Source: a virus. From it: 64,000 nucleotides of DNA. The notes below the pieces were generated by a model that was not told where the DNA came from, ran no database searches, and saw only the letters and a program-made list of their open reading frames with translations. Of this stretch, positions 46,076 to 55,215 are shown one piece after another. Position 1 is the first letter of the stretch. Every line of letters starts with the position of its first letter. The stretch spans positions 1-64,000 of the IMG/VR virus record IMGVR_UViG_3300036770_005816. One strand, 5' to 3'. The translations under genes and the position numbers were made by a program.

Positions 46076-47392
46076 ATGTCAGACGACATTCGTCTTCGCG
46101 AGTTGCAGAACGCACTTCGCGAAAAGATGGCTGACAACAAGACCATTGCCGACTCGTTCAAAGTCGAAGATGGCACTGTTGTTGTTTCAGCCGAACAAAA
46201 GTCAGCGTTCGACCGCAATATGTCGGACATCCGTGAAATCAAGAGCCTGATTGAGGGCATTGAGGGAATGCGCGATGCAGAGAAGTGGGCTTCGGCTCCT
46301 GCCTCTGAGTCGGTTGCGCAGGCTTCGAATGCACAGCCTCAGCAGGTCGAGCAGAGAATGAGCATCAAGAGCCTCGGCGAAGCGTTCCTTTCGTCCGATG
46401 AGTACAAGGCGCTCGCCTCTGGTCGAAACGGCGCGAACATGCCGGCTCCGTTCGTGTACAACGTGAAGGATGTCTTCACGGGTATGCCGACCGGTCCTGC
46501 TTCGCCGCTTTCCTCGGTTGAACAGTTCGGTCAGTTCCAGCGTGACCCGATGGTGGTCTCGCCGACCCGTACCCGTCGCGTCCGCGACCTCTTCCCGAAG
46601 CGCACCACGAACGCTGCGGTGATTGAGTACTTCCGCCAGATTGGTTACACCGCCGTCACTGGCGCGCCGACCAACAATGCGGCTCCTGTCTCTGAGCGCT
46701 CGGGTTCGCCCGCAGTGTTCACTGCGAAGCCACAGTCTGGTTTGAAGTTCACTGGTCATCAGGCACCGGTTCGCACGCTTGCCCACTGGGAAGCAGCGCA
46801 CCGCAATGTGCTCGCCGACGAGCCGCAACTCCGTAGCATCATCGACAACGAGTTGATGTACGGTCTGCGTCTTCTTGAGGACGAGCAAATCCTGAACGGT
46901 GACGGCACCGGCGAGAACCTCGAAGGTGTTCTCCAGACCACGGGCATCCAGACCTACGATTGGTCTTCTGGTGCGACGGGTGACCTCAAGGCGGACGCGA
47001 TTCGTCGCGCAGCCACCTTGTCGTTCCTCGCGTACTACGAGCCGACGGGCGTCGTGATGCACCCGAACGACTGGGAAGACATCGAACTGTCGAAGGACGA
47101 CAACGGACAGTACCTGGTTGCTGTCTCGGTCGCCCTCGGCGGAACCCCGCGTCTGTGGCGCATCCCGGTTGTGGACACGCCGGCAATCGCAGAAGGCACC
47201 GCTCTTGTCGGTGCGTTCGGCACTGCCGCGCAGATTTACGACCGTGAGCAGGCAAGCATCCGAATCAGCGAGCAGCACGCAGACTTCTTCGTGCGCAACG
47301 CGATTGTGGTGCTCGCCGAGCAGCGTCTCGCACTCGCTGTCAAGCGTCCTGAGGCATTCGTTGCCGTCTCGTTTGACAACGCTCCTGCCTGA
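46076..47392 (+). CDS. Major capsid protein (HK97 fold)
   Basis: AGGAGG RBS; strong codon bias; VRTLAHW...LADEPQLRSIIDNEL...EDEQILNGDGTGENLEG and FVRNAIVVLAEQRLALAVKRPEAF; N-terminal scaffold (delta)-like region. Confidence 0.95.
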   Translation: MSDDIRLRELQNALREKMADNKTIADSFKVEDGTVVVSAEQKSAFDRNMSDIREIKSLIEGIEGMRDAEKWASAPASESVAQASNAQPQQVEQRMSIKSLGEAFLSSDEYKALASGRNGANMPAPFVYNVKDVFTGMPTGPASPLSSVEQFGQFQRDPMVVSPTRTRRVRDLFPKRTTNAAVIEYFRQIGYTAVTGAPTNNAAPVSERSGSPAVFTAKPQSGLKFTGHQAPVRTLAHWEAAHRNVLADEPQLRSIIDNELMYGLRLLEDEQILNGDGTGENLEGVLQTTGIQTYDWSSGATGDLKADAIRRAATLSFLAYYEPTGVVMHPNDWEDIELSKDDNGQYLVAVSVALGGTPRLWRIPVVDTPAIAEGTALVGAFGTAAQIYDREQASIRISEQHADFFVRNAIVVLAEQRLALAVKRPEAFVAVSFDNAPA

Positions 47393-47417
47393 TAACGGCT
47401 GAAGCGCAGTAAGCGTA

Positions 47418-47462
47418 GCCCCCACCCAAGCCCTTCGGGGTGCGGGTGGGGGTTTCGTTTTT
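47418..47462 (+). terminator. Rho-independent terminator after the capsid gene
   Basis: GCCCCCACCC...TTCG...GGGTGGGGGT stem followed by TTCGTTTTT. Confidence 0.85.
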
Positions 47463-47495
47463 ATATCGACATGTTTGTTATGGGATAATTGAGTG

Positions 47496-48356
47496 ATGGC
47501 TGACGAAAGCAAAAATCTGAAAGTAAAACTTCTTGGAATACCATTTAGTGGTTTTCTCCGCAGAGGGAAGCCCGGTATACCGAGAGATGGCGATGGTGAC
47601 GGAATGTTCACACCCGTCGGCTCTACTGAAGACAACATGCCGTATCCAGCAGTGGTAAACACGGTGGTTAATTTTCTCAGAAAAAAAACCCCTAGTTACA
47701 AGAAAGATTTGGCTCGCAGACGTAACCGCGTTAAGGAAATCATTGCAGACGCACGAAAAGGCGGATTCACTAGAGACAGAAATATTGAAGGGGATGTAAA
47801 AACAGGGATATCGGTAGGTCTCAACAGACACGGATTGAGCAGAGATGTTTCTGATGTTTGGGATAAAGATGGAAACCCGAAAGAAGAAGCAATTCAAACA
47901 GTTCTTGCATGGATGCAGTATCACGGTGACAAAGTATTCGGCAATCCGCTTCCGGGGGCGCGTGAGCGCGGGATTGGCGGATGGGTGCAAACCGTAGATG
48001 GCGTGCCGCGATTCTTCCTCGATGTCGTAGACATATATCCGACCACAGACGAAAATATTGCAAAAGCAGCGTCTCTTGGCAAAGCACAAAATCAGAAAGA
48101 AGTGGCAATTTTGGACAAGGTTTGGGAGGCTAAGGAAGCCGACGCACGGAAGGAGCCTTCAGATTGGAATGCTCCTTTCATAGACAGCGGTGGAGATGGT
48201 GCAGATGTCATTGATTGGGAGTTTTTCAATGACGCGCGCGGAGTTTTCGCTGAACCGAAACGAACGATATCTAGAATATTTAGACCGAATCAATCTGGCA
48301 AATCAGAAGATTTGTCATTCAGGTTTGTGATAACGGAGGATTCATCAAATGGCTGA
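47496..48356 (+). CDS. Modular protein with DGDGDG tag and unknown C-terminal domain
   Basis: KVKLLGIP...RDGDGDGMFTPVGSTEDNMPYP; GGFT...GGW...FLDVV...NQKEVAILD. Confidence 0.7.
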   Translation: MADESKNLKVKLLGIPFSGFLRRGKPGIPRDGDGDGMFTPVGSTEDNMPYPAVVNTVVNFLRKKTPSYKKDLARRRNRVKEIIADARKGGFTRDRNIEGDVKTGISVGLNRHGLSRDVSDVWDKDGNPKEEAIQTVLAWMQYHGDKVFGNPLPGARERGIGGWVQTVDGVPRFFLDVVDIYPTTDENIAKAASLGKAQNQKEVAILDKVWEAKEADARKEPSDWNAPFIDSGGDGADVIDWEFFNDARGVFAEPKRTISRIFRPNQSGKSEDLSFRFVITEDSSNG

Positions 48357-48504
48357 GAACGAAAACGGAAACATGAAATTTAGGAATGTTTCGATACCGA
48401 AAGATTTTTGGTCGATGCCATTGGAGAAGCAGCGGGAGTTCGCAAGGGATTTTCTCATGCGTTTTAGCCCGAATGAAGAGGTACGGAAACAGTCGGATAA
48501 ATGA
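48349..48504 (+). CDS. Small hypothetical protein (immunity-like position)
   Basis: Below the ORF-track cutoff; GGAGG RBS; MAENENGNMKFRNVSIPKDFWSMPLEKQREFARDF...K (51 aa). Confidence 0.6.
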   Translation: MAENENGNMKFRNVSIPKDFWSMPLEKQREFARDFLMRFSPNEEVRKQSDK

Positions 48505-48638
48505 TGTATAGGTTGTCTATTTTGAAATTCAAACTGCAATCGTGTATTTATTCTGTGTTGGTTAAATTTTTGGATTGGCGTCTATCTGCTTGGAAACGGG
48601 CAGAGAAAAGAAAACGAATGAGAGACAGTAATGAGTGA
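48501..48638 (+). CDS. Possible small protein
   Basis: 45-aa ORF with ATGA overlap that fills the gap before the nuclease gene. Confidence 0.35.
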   Translation: MMYRLSILKFKLQSCIYSVLVKFLDWRLSAWKRAEKRKRMRDSNE

Positions 48639-49035
48639 ACGATTTTGGTATGGTGCAACCGTTTTGAAAGTGGTTGACGGTGACACTGTCGATTTGATGA
48701 TTGACCTCGGATTCAACATCCACCACAAAGTCCGTGTTCGCCTTTATGGTGTCAACACGCCCGAATCCCGAACCAAAGATTTAGCGGAAAAACAAATGGG
48801 CTTGAAAGCGAAATCATTTACCGAGGATTGGCTGACTCGTCACAAATGGGTGTACATAAATACAATCCCCGACAAGAACGACAAGTACGGTCGCATACTC
48901 GCACGCGTATTCTCGTCAGACGATGTTGAATCACCAACAACTGCGTGTCTGAACAAAGACATTATTGATGCAGGGTATGCGCGCGAATACTACGGTGTCG
49001 GCGACAAAACATGGACGGAATTCAAACAGGGTTAG
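48631..49035 (+). CDS. Thermonuclease (SNase-like)
   Basis: KVVDGDTVD...VRLYGVNTPE...DKYGRILA...NKDIIDAGYA. Confidence 0.9.
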   Translation: MSERFWYGATVLKVVDGDTVDLMIDLGFNIHHKVRVRLYGVNTPESRTKDLAEKQMGLKAKSFTEDWLTRHKWVYINTIPDKNDKYGRILARVFSSDDVESPTTACLNKDIIDAGYAREYYGVGDKTWTEFKQG

Positions 49036-49298
49036 TCAGCCTCTTGGGGGGTTGTCCAACCCCTATTTGATGCACGCCATACAGAAGGTGAGTGTTCCTT
49101 TTCTACGGAACTTTTCACATCCAAGTCCTCATACAGTCTGAGAACATGTATGCATGGGTCATCGTTTTCGTCTAGCGCCCACGCCTCGCTTTCCGATGCG
49201 GGAAGCCCGTCATGCATAGCACATACGGGCGGACCACAAAAACCCTTCTTGTATCCGTATTCGAGCCATTCTTCTGCGCTCATATTGATGTCTGTCAT
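49032..49298 (-). CDS. Hypothetical protein
   Basis: EWLEYG...CGPPVCAMHDGLP...DPCIHVLRL. Confidence 0.65.
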   Translation of the reverse strand: MTDINMSAEEWLEYGYKKGFCGPPVCAMHDGLPASESEAWALDENDDPCIHVLRLYEDLDVKSSVEKEHSPSVWRASNRGWTTPQEAD

Positions 49299-49300
49299 AG

Positions 49301-49567
49301 TTATTTATTGTCCTTCCCATAATAAAAGGGTTTAGCCATATCGGAAATTTTTCTGGTTATGTCACCGAGAGTTCCCGATGTTTTCTCCCATACGACCATT
49401 GTCTGCTTGGTATTCGCAGTGACTTCTTTTTGAACTCCCTTGATTTGACCTCGAAGTTCCAGCATCTCCTTGCGGATGTCTTCGATGTCTTTTTGGAGTT
49501 CGTCGATGGTTTCCGCGAATTCCTGTCTGATTTTTTCGAACTGTGGATTGTCGCCTTGTTCAGCCAC
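49301..49567 (-). CDS. Small coiled-coil protein
   Basis: 88 aa with heptad pattern. Confidence 0.6.
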   Translation of the reverse strand: MAEQGDNPQFEKIRQEFAETIDELQKDIEDIRKEMLELRGQIKGVQKEVTANTKQTMVVWEKTSGTLGDITRKISDMAKPFYYGKDNK

Positions 49568-49570
49568 TGC

Positions 49571-49846
49571 TTAACCGATATACCTTTCTTTGTCTACTTG
49601 GTTTTCTGCTTTGGATGCAATGTTTTCCCAAATGTCTGGACGGTGTTTTCTCACCCAACGAGCAGCGAGTTGTGCGCGTTTTGCGTTGAGAACAGCGTAA
49701 TACCGAGCCGAAGCGGCTCCATGCTGTGTTTTGCGATACTTGCGCATATATTCACTCGCCGCCTCCTTGCAGGAGTTACATCTGCATTTTCTGTTGGTAT
49801 ACGAGTTGTATGTTCCGTGGTTGATTGGAGAGCCTTTAGCGCCCAT
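49571..49846 (-). CDS. Small Zn-binding-type basic protein
   Basis: HGTYNSYTNRKCRCNSC motif; TGATG coupling to the phosphatase gene. Confidence 0.65.
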   Translation of the reverse strand: MGAKGSPINHGTYNSYTNRKCRCNSCKEAASEYMRKYRKTQHGAASARYYAVLNAKRAQLAARWVRKHRPDIWENIASKAENQVDKERYIG

Positions 49847-50376
49847 CACATTTCCTCCGCAGGGTGCCATGGGTCTAAACGCAAACCGTTCTCATGGATT
49901 TTGAGGAGTTCGTCCTTTTTGAACCCGAACAATTTTTCCAAATAGGAAATAATCAGTTCGTTCGGACAAAATGACCGCCTGTACCTCATTCCCGAGTATG
50001 AACTTGACGGGTGGTTGTTGCGCAAGGTGATGTAAGCCTCTTCAGCGTCCCAGCCGTTGGAGATTGCCACACCCCATGCTGTGGATGTTGAGCGACTGAT
50101 TCCTGCGTGACAATGAACAAGGATGTTTTCCCGCCCATGCCCCCAAGAAACCATTTCTCGTACATTCTCAAATGTGGGTGGTTTCATCCCCCAATGACTG
50201 TCAACAACATCATCGAATTCCACAACGAGGTGGTCGGGATGGTCGAACTTGACTTCGCGCTTGCTTGGTCCTGCCGTTATTACGGACGCATACTCGTGAG
50301 CGTGCTTCCGTGCCTCCTCCAAGTTTCTTACCGTCGGGAGGAGAGCCAGCGACGATTGTGTGTATGTATTACTCAT
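49846..50376 (-). CDS. Protein tyrosine / dual-specificity phosphatase
   Basis: CX5R P-loop ILVHCHAGISRST; upstream FDDV; downstream PNELI. Confidence 0.85.
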   Translation of the reverse strand: MSNTYTQSSLALLPTVRNLEEARKHAHEYASVITAGPSKREVKFDHPDHLVVEFDDVVDSHWGMKPPTFENVREMVSWGHGRENILVHCHAGISRSTSTAWGVAISNGWDAEEAYITLRNNHPSSSYSGMRYRRSFCPNELIISYLEKLFGFKKDELLKIHENGLRLDPWHPAEEM

Positions 50377-50382
50377 GGGAAT

Positions 50383-50411
50383 AGTGTATGTCGAGGGAAT
50401 GTGGTTGTCAA
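50383..50411 (-). promoter_or_regulatory. Sigma70/SigA-type promoter TTGACA-N17-TACACT, leaderless
   Basis: Consensus -35, 17-nt spacer, -10 ending 6 nt before the phosphatase ATG. Confidence 0.75.
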
Positions 50412-50447
50412 CCCCTTTGTGGTTACTTACATGGGTGTAATTAGGGG

Positions 50448-50476
50448 TTGCAAATCAAAACGTACCTAGTTAAGAT
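50448..50476 (+). promoter_or_regulatory. Sigma70-type promoter TTGCAA-N17-TAAGAT
   Basis: Divergent from the phosphatase promoter; upstream of 50532. Confidence 0.6.
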
Positions 50477-50531
50477 TGCACCAATCAATCAATCGGTGGG
50501 TAAAACTGCCGTTACAAGTGGAGAAACACAC

Positions 50532-50783
50532 ATGACAACTACATATGAAAAAATGCGAAACAAGGTCGGAAACCGTCGCGGTAGAAAACCGCTACCTGAG
50601 CATGTTCGCAAAGAGCGTTTGGAACAGCGCAAGGCTGAGAACCGTCAAAGAATGGAAGCGAAGCGTCGTGCATGGTTCGTTCTTGAGAACAAGTACACCG
50701 ATGAGTTCACCAAGGTGTATGAAGAGGAACTTCGCAAACTCCAACGGGGCAAGTACTCCGTAAAGACCAAAAACAACAAGTAA
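50532..50783 (+). CDS. Small basic helical protein
   Basis: GGAG RBS, own promoter and terminator; RRGRKPLP motif. Confidence 0.7.
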   Translation: MTTTYEKMRNKVGNRRGRKPLPEHVRKERLEQRKAENRQRMEAKRRAWFVLENKYTDEFTKVYEEELRKLQRGKYSVKTKNNK

Positions 50784-50817
50784 ACATCTAGTCCGCAGAT
50801 GTCGGACCAAGGTTTCT

Positions 50818-50867
50818 GCCCCATCGCCTCTCTCACCCCTTTCCGAGAGGCGGTGGGGTATTTTTTT
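50818..50867 (+). terminator. Rho-independent terminator
   Basis: GCCCCATCGCCTCTC / GAGAGGCGGTGGGGT stem followed by ATTTTTTT. Confidence 0.8.
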
Positions 50868-50883
50868 GTGTTACCATCTGAAA

Positions 50884-51189
50884 GTGAGCACGAATCCCGA
50901 ATACCTATACGGAGAATTCCAAATATTGCGCGCCGACAGACAGCCCTGCCCGATTTGTGGACACCCGACAGGCGATTGCCCAAACGACTCTGCGGAACCT
51001 TTGCACAATAAAAACATTGTTGGTGTTGGTCTTTTTCAGAGCCTAGACCACGAAACCAAAATAATAGTCAATGAAGATGTGTACGAAGAACGAACCCTCT
51101 ATGGTCGTCAAACAATAAAAGTTTTAAAGTTCCGAAAAGGTCAACAAATACCTATTTCTGTTGCGCGTGAAAACGGACTCATCGAATAG
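50884..51189 (+). CDS. Hypothetical protein with CxxC-H-x3-C motif
   Basis: CPICGHPTGDC; TGTTACCAT -10 element 6 nt before the GTG. Confidence 0.6.
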   Translation: MSTNPEYLYGEFQILRADRQPCPICGHPTGDCPNDSAEPLHNKNIVGVGLFQSLDHETKIIVNEDVYEERTLYGRQTIKVLKFRKGQQIPISVARENGLIE

Positions 51190-51270
51190 CGCGACAGACC
51201 GTTTACTGAAACACCCGCCTAGGGTAAAATAGTTTCTTCCCAAAACCAAACAAGAAAGAAAAGTGTCCCC

Positions 51271-53202
51271 ATGGAGAAAGTCGGCTTGACCCCACAGTTT
51301 TTGGAGCAGTATCGAAATGTGGTTCCGCCTTGGGGTTTCAGTGGACTTGGGGAAATCGTCTACCTTCGAACATACTCTCGCCCAATCGAGGGTGTTGAAC
51401 GAAACGAAACATGGATTGAAACCGTGTCGCGCTGCGTAAACGGAGCGGTAGAAATCGGCGTGCCGTGGACACAAAAAGATTTGGAAGCAATCTTCGACCA
51501 TGTCTACAACCTTCGTTGCTCTTTCTCTGGTCGCGCACTGTGGCAGTTGGGGACTCCACTCATCAAGAAGTTCAACGCGTCCTCGCTAAACAACTGCTAT
51601 TTCACAAACATTGAAAGAATTGAAGATTTCGAACTTTTGTTTGATTACTTGATGCTCGGTGGCGGAGTGGGTTTTTCGGTTGAGCGCTCAAAAATTCACG
51701 ACTTGCCCAAAGTTCGCGCCAATGTAAAAATCACGCACGAGCGAACCAATGATGCTGACATCATTGTCCCCGACAGCAGGCAAGGGTGGCGTCGTCTTCT
51801 GCACAGCGTATTGAAGTCTTTCTTCGATACGGGCAAATCTTTCACCTACTCCACTATTCTCATCCGCGAATTCGGTGCACCACTCAAAACCTTCGGTGGC
51901 ACCGCCAGCGGACCGGGGGCGCTCGTTGACGGCATCGAAGATATCTGCAAGGTGATGAGAAACCGCGAAGGGAAAAAGTTGCGGTCAGTAGATGTTCTAG
52001 ATATTTGCAACATCATCGGTCGGATTGTCGTCTCAGGTTCATCCCGAAGGTCTGCGCAGATTGCCATCGGCGACCCCGACGATGTCCTTTTCCTTCGTGC
52101 AAAAAATTGGGCTAACGGCGACATCCCCGCTTGGCGTGCCAACAGCAACAACAGCATTTACGCCGACTACTACGACCACATCATGCCAGAACTCTGGAAG
52201 GGGTACACAGGTAACGGGGAACCTTACGGACTCGTGAACAGGCGTCTTGCTCGGAAGCATGGTCGCCTTGGCGATGTCCGACCCGACAACAGCATTGAGG
52301 GATTCAATCCTTGCGCAGAAATTGGGCTTGGGGACGGCGAGTCATGCAACCTTGCGACTATCTTCCTGCCGAATGTGGAGTCATTGAAACAGTTGAAGGA
52401 AATATCGCGCCTTCTTTACATGCTCCAAAAGCAGATAACACGCCTTTCGTATCCGTATGAAAAGACAACAGAAATTGTGAACAAAAATGCTCGACTTGGG
52501 CAAAGCATTACAGGGATTCTTCAATGCAATGACGAACAAATTTCTTGGCTTTCCGATGCGTATGAAGCGTTGGACAAACTCGACCAAGAGTATTCACAGA
52601 AACACGGTTTCCCCCGTTCGGTGAGGCTTACGACGGTTCAGCCATCTGGAACACTTTCCCTACTGCCAGGTGTCACTCCGGGTGTGCATCCAGCGTTCGC
52701 GCCGTTCTACATCCGTAGAGTGCGTTTCGGCGCAGCCGACCCGCTTGTGGACAACCTGCGCAAACGGGGGCATAAGGTCGTGTGGGATATCGGTCTCGAC
52801 GGTCGGGAAGACCACACCAAATATGTGGTCGAATTCCCCTGCAAATCACCACAGGGCGCTGTCCTCGCAGAAAACATGACAGCCATTGAACAGTTGGAAT
52901 GGGTCAAAAAAATGCAGACGGTATGGGCTGACAATGCCGTTTCAGTCACCGTTTACTACCGCAAAGAAGAACTTGACTCCATCAAGGAATGGCTTTCCAA
53001 GAACTACGACGATGGTATCAAATCGGTATCATTCCTTCTCCACAGCGACCACAACTTCCCGCTACCCCCTTACGAGGCGTGCACGGAAGAGCACTACAAC
53101 CAAATGGTCTCAAAAATTGACCTGAGTGTTGCCCTTACGCCGATATCGGGAGAAGATTTGGATATCGACGCATGCGCTTCGGGGGCTTGTCCAATCAAGT
53201 AG
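51271..53202 (+). CDS. nrdJ: Class II (adenosylcobalamin-dependent) ribonucleotide reductase, monomeric RTPR type
   Basis: YLRTYSR, SGRALW, LNNC, GGGVG, SRRSAQI, FNPCAEI, TTVQPSGTLS and C-terminal CASGACPIK. Confidence 0.92.
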   Translation: MEKVGLTPQFLEQYRNVVPPWGFSGLGEIVYLRTYSRPIEGVERNETWIETVSRCVNGAVEIGVPWTQKDLEAIFDHVYNLRCSFSGRALWQLGTPLIKKFNASSLNNCYFTNIERIEDFELLFDYLMLGGGVGFSVERSKIHDLPKVRANVKITHERTNDADIIVPDSRQGWRRLLHSVLKSFFDTGKSFTYSTILIREFGAPLKTFGGTASGPGALVDGIEDICKVMRNREGKKLRSVDVLDICNIIGRIVVSGSSRRSAQIAIGDPDDVLFLRAKNWANGDIPAWRANSNNSIYADYYDHIMPELWKGYTGNGEPYGLVNRRLARKHGRLGDVRPDNSIEGFNPCAEIGLGDGESCNLATIFLPNVESLKQLKEISRLLYMLQKQITRLSYPYEKTTEIVNKNARLGQSITGILQCNDEQISWLSDAYEALDKLDQEYSQKHGFPRSVRLTTVQPSGTLSLLPGVTPGVHPAFAPFYIRRVRFGAADPLVDNLRKRGHKVVWDIGLDGREDHTKYVVEFPCKSPQGAVLAENMTAIEQLEWVKKMQTVWADNAVSVTVYYRKEELDSIKEWLSKNYDDGIKSVSFLLHSDHNFPLPPYEACTEEHYNQMVSKIDLSVALTPISGEDLDIDACASGACPIK

Positions 53203-53204
53203 TG

Positions 53205-53603
53205 ATGCTGTACTGCCTGAAGGACGCAAAAGTCCACGAGATTTATCGGAAAACTGCTGAAATAATCAGCGAACATGGATTCACGCATGTTCTTCCGTAC
53301 GACCCATACACAAAACAAGTTGACTTTTATGGCGCTCTTCTTCTCGCGTGTGGTGCATCAGAAAAACTTTTGGCATCAGGGTTTGAAGATGCAGAAGATA
53401 CGAATGTCCCCCCAATAAATTTGGGGAAGGTTAAAGTCGCCTACGAATACATCGAGGCGGTGCTAGGGGAAGACCCATCCGTATGGGCGGAAACCCATAC
53501 ATCGGAACAAGCACAAAAAGTGCTTCTTCGGCTTGCGGACAGAATAGAAATTTCTATAAATCTGCCAGAAACTACTTCTTTGAAGCCTCATCAAACAAAC
53601 TAA
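53205..53603 (+). CDS. Hypothetical protein
   Basis: Starts just after the nrdJ stop. Confidence 0.6.
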   Translation: MLYCLKDAKVHEIYRKTAEIISEHGFTHVLPYDPYTKQVDFYGALLLACGASEKLLASGFEDAEDTNVPPINLGKVKVAYEYIEAVLGEDPSVWAETHTSEQAQKVLLRLADRIEISINLPETTSLKPHQTN

Positions 53604-54924
53604 GTTGTTCCGTCGCTTTACGCAGAGCGATGTCTTCGAGTTCTTTGTCTAGTCTGCGCGTTGCGATTCCCGCATATTCTGGATTGAGTTCACAACCGCG
53701 ATAGTCGCGACCCAAACGCATCGCCACAACACCAGTCGTACCAGACCCAAAGAACGGGTCAAGAACAGTGCAGGGAACAATTTCTTCTGTCGCACAGTCA
53801 CAACTCTTCTCCCATCCCTTTGTTTCCGTATGCGTATACCCAGCGTCTCCTTTGCCGTTGATTTCCGCGTATGCCCCATCGTAATTATTCGGGCGGTACC
53901 GTGGGTCGTCCTCGGGTAATTCACTTCGCGAAATGCGCTTGCGCTCCACAACTCGATGGTAAGGCGACAGACACAGGGCGCAACATCCGTGTTCGGATGT
54001 TCCTGCCTTGATGCAAGGCTCAACCAAGTCTGTTGGGAATGTCGCGAAATGTGCTTCTTTGAATGGTTTCGTTGTCACTGACCAAACTGAGCGTTTGTTT
54101 CTTGTCGCGCCAGTTGTGCCATTCATTGAGTTGCTGATTACCCCGCGTCGCTTATCTGCTCTGGAGCCTCTGTCGTCGAAAGCGTAAACTGCGGGTTCTT
54201 TGATTGATTCGGAATCAAAAAAGTATCTAGGTTTCTTTGTCAAAAGAAAGATGTATTCATGAGCCTTGGTGCATCTGTCCAAAACTGATTCTGGCATCGG
54301 GTTCGGCTTATGCCAAATAATATCTTGCCGTAGATACCAGCCTGCTTCTTGGAGCGCTAGAGCCACTCTCCACGGGATGCCGACAAGGTCTTTGGGTTTT
54401 AGGTGTCCGTCGTCGCGACCTATCTTTGCGCGAAAATCTTCGTTATCGCCGCCCGCGTTTGAAGCGTTCGTTGAAGCAATCGACTGCTTGTAGCCGTTGC
54501 CGTTACTGCCAGCATACGAATCTCCGAGGTTCAGCCACAGTGTCCCATCGTCTCGCAAGACACGCCAAATTTCAGCAAAAACACCGACCATGTCTTTGAC
54601 ATATTCATCAAACGTCGGTTCAAGCCCTAGTTGACTGTCCTCGCGGGTGGCGCCACATCTTTTACATATCGTTTTGTATATACCGTCCCCGATTGCGCCC
54701 TCTAGGTTTCTTTGACCCGTCGAGCAACTTTCGCTGAACTTGCTGTCTCGCTTATGCGAACAAGACGGGTCTCCACCTATCCACTTTGCTGTTCCGTAAT
54801 CCCGCAAACCCCAATAGGGGGGAGACGTGATAACACAATGAACGCTTCCATCAGGAAGCGACTTCAATGTTTCCCGAACATCACCTATCAGGATTTTCGG
54901 GTTCAAGTTTTGTTCCCCTGTCAC
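53572..54924 (-). CDS. DNA amino-methyltransferase (N4-C/N6-A, beta class)
   Basis: ITSPPYWG (motif IV) precedes HFATFP and VLDPFFGSGTT (motif I); start uncertain (GTG 54924 has TAGACT upstream). Confidence 0.9.
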   Translation of the reverse strand: MTGEQNLNPKILIGDVRETLKSLPDGSVHCVITSPPYWGLRDYGTAKWIGGDPSCSHKRDSKFSESCSTGQRNLEGAIGDGIYKTICKRCGATREDSQLGLEPTFDEYVKDMVGVFAEIWRVLRDDGTLWLNLGDSYAGSNGNGYKQSIASTNASNAGGDNEDFRAKIGRDDGHLKPKDLVGIPWRVALALQEAGWYLRQDIIWHKPNPMPESVLDRCTKAHEYIFLLTKKPRYFFDSESIKEPAVYAFDDRGSRADKRRGVISNSMNGTTGATRNKRSVWSVTTKPFKEAHFATFPTDLVEPCIKAGTSEHGCCALCLSPYHRVVERKRISRSELPEDDPRYRPNNYDGAYAEINGKGDAGYTHTETKGWEKSCDCATEEIVPCTVLDPFFGSGTTGVVAMRLGRDYRGCELNPEYAGIATRRLDKELEDIALRKATEQLSLFDEASKK

Positions 54925-54935
54925 GGGGGAGAAGT

Positions 54936-55208
54936 CTAGCGACCCCTCTTGAACCATGCAAGGACACGCTGTCTCACCGAAGAGGACTTGATGTCGTTCG
55001 CGTACACGACGACCGACTCAAACGCCTTCTCCACTGCTGGAGCAGCCTCTGCGACCGCCGAGGCAACCGCCACGGCAGCGTCTTCAATGTCCTTCTTTGT
55101 TGATGCAACGCTCTTCTTCTTGGCAGAGGCAGACTTTGTGGAAGTCTTCTTCACCGAAGAGGTCTTTTTGTTGGTTTTCTTGTTGGTGGTTTTCTTCTTT
55201 TGTGCCAT
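54936..55208 (-). CDS. Lysine-rich small protein
   Basis: MAQKKKTTNKKTNKKTSSVKKTSTKSASAKKK...; true start at 55208 after a promoter motif. Confidence 0.7.
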   Translation of the reverse strand: MAQKKKTTNKKTNKKTSSVKKTSTKSASAKKKSVASTKKDIEDAAVAVASAVAEAAPAVEKAFESVVVYANDIKSSSVRQRVLAWFKRGR

Positions 55209-55215
55209 ACCCGAA

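Noticed and set aside
46202-47662. 486-aa ORF antisense to the major capsid gene
   Set aside because: Shadow ORF from strong codon bias on the sense strand; crosses the terminator and has no recognisable motifs.
51271-53202. Possible intein or intron in RNR (also checked terminase and helicase)
   Set aside because: Normal lengths, continuous motifs, no splice-junction or homing endonuclease signature.
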